This document shows, in pieces, positions 58,616 through 64,000 of a stretch of DNA of 64,000 nt. Source of the DNA: Acidobacteriota bacterium (lineage in GTDB: Bacteria > Acidobacteriota > UBA890 > WLXD01); contig CAXWPL010000001.1 of NCBI GenBank assembly GCA_963666215.2, forward strand, positions 544,001 through 608,000, read 5' to 3'. The first letter of the stretch is position 1. Every line of letters starts with the position of its first letter. Under the pieces are notes generated by a model. The model was not told the origin of the DNA. It made no database searches and saw nothing but the letters and a program-made list of their open reading frames with translations. The position numbers and the translations under genes are program-made.

Positions 58616-59383
58616 CTACATCACACCGGCGCGGAGACGATAGCTGGCGGACCCGGACCAGTGTCCGACCTTGAAGAACGCCTTCTCCCCGGCCTTCAGG
58701 TGCATGGTCACCGATTCGCTTCCGGAATTGCCTTGCAGGTCCTGATCGGAGCGGTGGACGTAGTCGCCGAAATCGCCGTCGGCGTAGGCCTCGAGGTAAA
58801 CATCGTCCTCGCCCTCGGTGATGACGGTCACGACGATGTCGGCGGTCGCTTCGAGGACGTACCAGTCGGCGGTGTCACCTGTGGCGGTGTCGAGGCTGTC
58901 CTCGTGGGGTGTGCCCGGCGTCAGTGTCATCGCGTCGTTCGGCGAGCCGTCCGGGTCGGGAGGGAGCTCGATGCCAGGAACGGGGAGCCACGCCGCGCCA
59001 ATCTCGAAGTCGCCGCCGTCGCCACCGAACGACGCGACCTCCACCGTGTACTCGCCAGCGCGCCGAATGAGGACGGAAAGCCTCTCCGTACCAGGATTGC
59101 CGAACAGATCGCGGTCTGCGTGCCCCTCCTCGACCGCCTGACCGAACTCGTCGTTCACGGTAATCGAGATGTCGATCGACTCGGCGAGCGCCATCAACGC
59201 GAGGTGTCCGCCAGAAGGCGCTACAAAACGAAACGTCGCGGCCTCGCCGCCGGCGACGTGGGCGGGTGCCATCTCACCCATCGGCAAGTCTGACTGCGCC
59301 AGCGGGGTGGCTACACCCGCGACCGAGAGGATCGTTGTCGACAGGACGACCGACAGAAGGGTTCTGACCTTACCCACGTGCAC
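58616..59383 (-). CDS. Secreted protein with two PPC-like beta-sandwich domains
   Basis: Signal peptide (PLAQ); internally repeated D.DL.GN.G.E motif; DWY and AGEYTVEV motifs. Confidence 0.65.
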   Translation of the reverse strand: MHVGKVRTLLSVVLSTTILSVAGVATPLAQSDLPMGEMAPAHVAGGEAATFRFVAPSGGHLALMALAESIDISITVNDEFGQAVEEGHADRDLFGNPGTERLSVLIRRAGEYTVEVASFGGDGGDFEIGAAWLPVPGIELPPDPDGSPNDAMTLTPGTPHEDSLDTATGDTADWYVLEATADIVVTVITEGEDDVYLEAYADGDFGDYVHRSDQDLQGNSGSESVTMHLKAGEKAFFKVGHWSGSASYRLRAGVM

Positions 59384-59547
59384 CTCCGGGGATCGAGCGA
59401 CAGGAATCGGTGCGGCGATCCTAGCCGATGACCTGGCTGGCGACAGGATGAGACAAACTGAAAAGATCGCCGGCCGACGGTCGATGAGGCTGGTCCTCCG
59501 ACGACAACGCCCAAGCTACGGCGCGCCGCACCGGCCACAACAGCCGG

Positions 59548-61590
59548 CTAGTTCAATCGCCAGAGGCTTTGGCTCGGCATCTGCGGGTTGCGCAGCAGAA
59601 GCGTCCCCCGCGTCTGCAAGTAGCCGACCACCAGTCCGCGCTCGCGCGGCGGCAAGCCGCCGCCGCCAACGCCGAACGTCAGCGCCTCGTCGATCATCAA
59701 ATGCGTCGCGCCGCGCTCGCGGAAGAATCTCTCGACGTCGAGCGGGGTGCTGGCACGCTCGAGCGCGTTTCCCAGGCTGTACTGCTGGAAAACGTAGTCG
59801 GCGCTCCAGTTGCGCGGAACGCCGGCACGCTCGTCGTCCTCCAGCGCGCTGTTGTCCGCGAGAGAAGGGGCCTCGAACAAGTAGCCGAAGTTGCGCATGT
59901 TGACCAGGTAGACACGCTCACCCACGCGCAGCACGCGGTTCGCCTCTGCGTAGAGCGGGTAACCGGCCACGCGGCGGGTGAGGTACTGCTCACGGGACTC
60001 CTCACCCGCCCAATAGGCCACCGGATCGGCACTCAGCACGTGACGCGCGGCAACGCCGACGTTGACGACGACTGCCAAGAGGAGGAGCGGCACGAGCCAG
60101 CGGCCGGTCTTCGGCACCGCGGCAGCGATGGCCAGCAGCACGGCCGCGGCCGGCAGGGCCGGAAGAAGAAATCGAACCTGTGTCGTCGTGATCGCCCAGT
60201 AGAAGAGGAAGGTAATCGCGAAGCCGCTGAGCCAGCCCACAACCGCGGGGCGATCGCGCCGTATCAGAGCCAGAGGACTGAGCAGGAAGACCGGCCCGAT
60301 GACGCCATCGAACGCTGTCAGGTCATCGAATCGGGCGGTCACGAAGACCTGCAGCGCCGCTAGCGCGCGATCGAGGAAGGTGCGGTCGGCGAGGGCTCCA
60401 TACTGCTGCAGCCAAACCATCAGCAACGAGGCGCGGTCGGCGTCCCAGTTGAGGCCGGCGGCGAGCTCCGACCCGAAGGGGCCGGCGGCGAACGGATAGA
60501 GCGGCCAGCCGGTGATCCACCAGTTGCGCACCAGGTAGGGTGCCACGACGAGTGCCCCGAGCACCGGGACGACGAACGCCCCCCAAGGGATCGGTTGCGA
60601 GTCTCCGGCCGATGTATCTGATTTGCCCGACTTTTCCGATCGGGGCGAGCCAGCCGGATCGTGCGTGCCGCTCGAGGCGCGCCCAGCCCGCAGCCGCTCA
60701 ATGAGCGACACCAGAGCGAGCAACAGTACGAGCTGCAGCCCGGTGTACTTGGTCGTCCACGCGGCCCCCGCGAGCAACCCCGCCAGCGCCGTCCAGCGAA
60801 GCGCTCCGGATTCGTCTCCGGCCCGAGCCGCATGCACACTGGTCCAGGTCACCATGAGCGCAACAGTGGCGTAGCAGGTGAACGCCAGATCAACGTATGC
60901 CCACGACGATAGGACGACGACACTCGGGATCGTCAGGAAGAGCCCCGCCGCTAACAGCGCCAGCCGCCTGGGTACCCATTCACGGACAAACCCGAAGATC
61001 GCCAGACCCGTCAACACTCCGAACAGCGCGTGAAAAAGACGCGCCGCAACTTCGCCGCCAACCCCGAGGCCGAAGGCGAAGAGCATGTCCGTTCCAAGTG
61101 GAAAGTGAACGAAGATGTTGTCGGGCATGAACGGCAGGTGGCCGGCGGCGAGAATCTGTCGCGGGATCTCCAAGTGGTAGATCAGCTCGTCGATTGCCGT
61201 CGGTGGAAGCGTGGCCACGAGCACAACCAGCACGGATTGCAGCGCGGCCCCCACCAGGGCGAACTTCGCTGCCGATCCGTCCAACAAGGCCCGCCGCGCT
61301 CGTTGGACCAGCTGCGTGAGATCCGCCGAAAATCGATCGCCCCGCAAGGCGCTGACGGCTACCACGGCGATCAAGAACAACAGGAGCACAACGGTACCCG
61401 CGCGGGTGGCCAAACCGCACATCGCCATCACGAAGAGGGCGTAGGAGATCACCAGGAGGCCGAGCGACGCATCAACCGCGACCGCCAGCGCCGGATGGTC
61501 GAACTGCCACCAGCGACGGCGCACGCGGCCGCCGATCGCTGCGGCGGCCAGGAACGTCACCCCGACTTGGATCAGCGCGATGGCGGTCAG
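59548..61590 (-). CDS. GT-C fold (family 39/DUF1420-like) multi-TM glycosyltransferase; start codon uncertain (CTG 61590 or GTG 61560)
   Basis: D.LIYHL..P, AYVDL, TKYTG, PYLVRNW..TGWPLYPF and QVRFLLP motifs. Confidence 0.75.
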   Translation of the reverse strand: MTAIALIQVGVTFLAAAAIGGRVRRRWWQFDHPALAVAVDASLGLLVISYALFVMAMCGLATRAGTVVLLLFLIAVVAVSALRGDRFSADLTQLVQRARRALLDGSAAKFALVGAALQSVLVVLVATLPPTAIDELIYHLEIPRQILAAGHLPFMPDNIFVHFPLGTDMLFAFGLGVGGEVAARLFHALFGVLTGLAIFGFVREWVPRRLALLAAGLFLTIPSVVVLSSWAYVDLAFTCYATVALMVTWTSVHAARAGDESGALRWTALAGLLAGAAWTTKYTGLQLVLLLALVSLIERLRAGRASSGTHDPAGSPRSEKSGKSDTSAGDSQPIPWGAFVVPVLGALVVAPYLVRNWWITGWPLYPFAAGPFGSELAAGLNWDADRASLLMVWLQQYGALADRTFLDRALAALQVFVTARFDDLTAFDGVIGPVFLLSPLALIRRDRPAVVGWLSGFAITFLFYWAITTTQVRFLLPALPAAAVLLAIAAAVPKTGRWLVPLLLLAVVVNVGVAARHVLSADPVAYWAGEESREQYLTRRVAGYPLYAEANRVLRVGERVYLVNMRNFGYLFEAPSLADNSALEDDERAGVPRNWSADYVFQQYSLGNALERASTPLDVERFFRERGATHLMIDEALTFGVGGGGLPPRERGLVVGYLQTRGTLLLRNPQMPSQSLWRLN

Positions 61591-61755
61591 CTGGACCTCT
61601 CCGGATCGTCTCGAAACGTGGCGAAGCGAGCGCCCCCAGAGTATCGTCCAAGTGTGTCGTTGGCTGACGCCGTCACCACGACCTCAGCCGCATGTACCCT
61701 ATGCGCCCTTCGCCGCCAGCCTCGACAGCACCCTGAAAGCCCTGAGGACCCGCCC

Positions 61756-63078
61756 GTGCGCAAGATTCCTTCGTTGGCCATCGCCGCTCTTCTTCTCACC
61801 GCACTTCCGGCAGCGCCGATGCCCACCGCAGCAGCAGCGGCGCCGCCTCCGACGGCGGCCGATGACGGCAACTGGCCGCAGTGGCGTGGGCCCCACCTCA
61901 ATGGCACCAGTGGGGAAACGGGCCTCCCCGTCGAATGGGACACAGCAACGAACATCAGCTGGACGATCCCACTCCCGGCTTGGAGCGGCTCCACGCCCAT
62001 CATCTGGGGCGAGACGATCTTTCTGAACGGCTCCGACGAAGCGGGCAGCGACAAGATCCATCTGTGGGCCCTCGATCGCAACGGCGGCTCGGTTCTGTGG
62101 AAGCGGCAGCTGTCGGATGGCGACCAGAAGATGCGCAAGCAGAACATGTCGTCGCCGTCGCCGGTCACCGATGGTGAGCACGTCTGGGTGATGACCGGTA
62201 CCGGCCACCTGCGAGCGTTCGACTTCGAGGGCAACGAGGTGTGGGCCCGCAACATCCAGACCGACTACGGCTCGTTCGGACTCAATTGGGGCTACGCCTC
62301 CTCGCCACTCCTGCACGAAGACTCTCTCTACGTGCCGGTGCTGCACGGCATGAAGACCGACGATCCTTCGTATCTACTGCGCATCAACAAGGCTACGGGC
62401 GAGACGATGTGGCGCGTCGAGCGCCCCACCAACGCGATCCGCGAATCACCCGACGCCTACATCACGCCGGCGCTGCTGCAGCACAACGGCGAAACCGAAA
62501 TCGTGCTCACCGGCGGAGATGTGGTCACCGGTCACGACTCGACCACCGGCGTGGAGCTCTGGCGCGCCGACGGGCTCAACCCGCAGAACAGCGCCTCATA
62601 CCGGATCGTCGCCTCGCCCACCGTGTTCGACGGCATCATCTACGCGCCCACGCGAGTGCGGCCGCTGCTGGCGCTCAGCGCCGGGGGCCGCGGCGACATC
62701 ACCGAGTCGCACAAGCTGTGGTCGTTCAACTACGGCCCCGACGTGCCCACGCCCGTAACCGACGGCAAGTACTTCTACAGCGTCGGAGACAGCGGGATCA
62801 TGTTCTGCCTCGACGCCAAGACGGGCGAGACCATCTATGGACCCCAGCGTCTACCCTCGGCCACGTACAGCAGCTCCCCTGTGCTCGCGGACGGCAAGAT
62901 TTACATCACCAACGAGGAAGGGCTCACGTCGGTCGTCAAGGCCGGGCCGGAGTTCGAAATCCTGGCGCGGAACGACCTGGGCGACTACACACTGAGCTCG
63001 CCGGCGATCTCACAGGGGCAGATCTTCATCCGCACTGCCAGTGGCCTGTACGCAATCGGCGAGCGCCGCGCGAACTGA
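61756..63078 (+). CDS. PQQ-binding-like (BamB-like) beta-propeller protein, secreted
   Basis: NWPQWRGP, repeated S(S/T)P...G...W blades, SSPAISQGQIFIRT. Confidence 0.88.
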   Translation: MRKIPSLAIAALLLTALPAAPMPTAAAAAPPPTAADDGNWPQWRGPHLNGTSGETGLPVEWDTATNISWTIPLPAWSGSTPIIWGETIFLNGSDEAGSDKIHLWALDRNGGSVLWKRQLSDGDQKMRKQNMSSPSPVTDGEHVWVMTGTGHLRAFDFEGNEVWARNIQTDYGSFGLNWGYASSPLLHEDSLYVPVLHGMKTDDPSYLLRINKATGETMWRVERPTNAIRESPDAYITPALLQHNGETEIVLTGGDVVTGHDSTTGVELWRADGLNPQNSASYRIVASPTVFDGIIYAPTRVRPLLALSAGGRGDITESHKLWSFNYGPDVPTPVTDGKYFYSVGDSGIMFCLDAKTGETIYGPQRLPSATYSSSPVLADGKIYITNEEGLTSVVKAGPEFEILARNDLGDYTLSSPAISQGQIFIRTASGLYAIGERRAN

Positions 63079-63098
63079 CGGGCACTGGTTGATGGCGC

Positions 63099-63267
63099 GG
63101 GGGAGCGGGGCGAGGGGCATCGTAGCGGCTCTCGCGGATCGGCGGATCGGTCGTCGCCAGCTCTTTAGCGATCGCCCACGCTAGTTCCTGGAAACCGCGA
63201 CCAAGCTACAAGCTTCAGTCGGCCTAGATGCCCCCCCGGCTCGCCTGCGCGCGTCTGAAACGCCCCC
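63099..63267. repeat. Unidentified intergenic repeat, copy 2 (longer form)
   Basis: Same two motifs as 24404-24462, here separated by about 110 extra bp. Confidence 0.8.
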
Positions 63268-63293
63268 CAACGCCGAACCGGGAGCCCGGGGCT

Positions 63294-63998
63294 CTAGCGT
63301 TCTGCGCTTGTGCCTCGAACGCGATCGCGGACTTCGGCTTCTGTGCGCACGCTGAAGAAGCGGTAGTTGTCGTAGATCTGCTCGGTGCGGAAAACGGTGT
63401 ACTCGCGAGTCTCTCGTTCGTCGCCGTCGCCGCGCACCGAGTAGAACGTCCGTTCGGTCTCTACGCGACTCGGAAAACGCAACCCGTTGCGCTCGACTCC
63501 GAGCTCGGTGAACGTGGTGGTGAACTCGAAGTACTCGCGGCCGCCGTCGCCGGCTCGCGCCGCCGAAAGACGCTGGAGCTCGCGGAACTCGGGCAACAGG
63601 TATGCCTCCACCTGGAGGATGGCGCTGCTCTCGGCGTCGACCCAGGCGGTTCCGATCCACCCCAACTCGTCGCTGGTCCGCGGAGCGAACCCAACGGCCA
63701 GAGCGCGGCGCCCGGCAATCTCGTCACGCCGCAACACCTGATATCGATAGCTCTCGTGCGACTCGGGCGAAAAGATGAATGCCCAGGAATAGGCGCGGCT
63801 GAGAAAGCCATCGAGGTTGAAGTCGGCGAGGATCTGCTCCGGTGGGCGATCGTCTTCGTCGCTTCCGCGCTTGCGGCGGAAGTCGACAAACCTGGCATCG
63901 GCGAGAGTTTCCGGCAGCTCCTCGAGGCCTTCGAACGCCGCTTGCGCCTCAGAGGTCGCCGCGTCACGGCTAGCGTCGAAGCCGTAGATGTACTCGAA
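63294..63998 (-). CDS. Hypothetical protein; 5' end lies outside the window
   Basis: Frame is open to the window edge; GTAWVD....ILQVE, GLRFPS and Y.NYRFFSV motifs. Confidence 0.65.
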   Translation of the reverse strand, partial: FEYIYGFDASRDAATSEAQAAFEGLEELPETLADARFVDFRRKRGSDEDDRPPEQILADFNLDGFLSRAYSWAFIFSPESHESYRYQVLRRDEIAGRRALAVGFAPRTSDELGWIGTAWVDAESSAILQVEAYLLPEFRELQRLSAARAGDGGREYFEFTTTFTELGVERNGLRFPSRVETERTFYSVRGDGDERETREYTVFRTEQIYDNYRFFSVRTEAEVRDRVRGTSAER

Positions 63999-64000
63999 CC

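Noticed and set aside
1-64000. CRISPR array, rRNA, tRNA
   Set aside because: No regularly spaced repeat-spacer units, cas genes, rRNA-like tracts or cloverleaf/T-loop signatures were seen by eye; no covariance search was run.

Overview
High-GC bacterial DNA (roughly two-thirds G+C by eye). The ADOP-type ABC permeases with PadR, VWA and sulfatase-like proteins, LVIVD propellers and many secreted peptidases suggest Acidobacteriota or Gemmatimonadota (inference). Recognisable intact genes include hflKC, ppiC, ung, galK, a two-subunit aconitase X, an ATP-dependent DNA ligase, lepB, an Fpg/Nei glycosylase, yjjG, sahR-ahcY, a multicopper oxidase, peptidases (M28, M19, S9) and a complete IS481-family element (47065-48107) with an ACTAGC target duplication. 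The window is strongly mosaic: about nine abrupt junctions leave genes without a 5' or 3' half or with internal deletions, and three genes carry single in-frame stops. It may therefore be concatenated contigs or a low-coverage/MDA assembly, and gene neighbourhoods across junctions should not be trusted. The best biological leads are: (i) a three-gene exported copper module (His-studded LVIVD propeller, unknown His/Met protein, Met-rich multicopper oxidase); (ii) an unexplained intergenic repeat present twice (about 24404 and 63099), one copy fused to an IS481 end; (iii) IS481 ends sitting on CTAG stop codons; (iv) a nucleotidyltransferase plus small-protein TA-like pair; (v) clear palindromic operators for SahR and PadR. 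No rRNA, tRNA or CRISPR array was seen.
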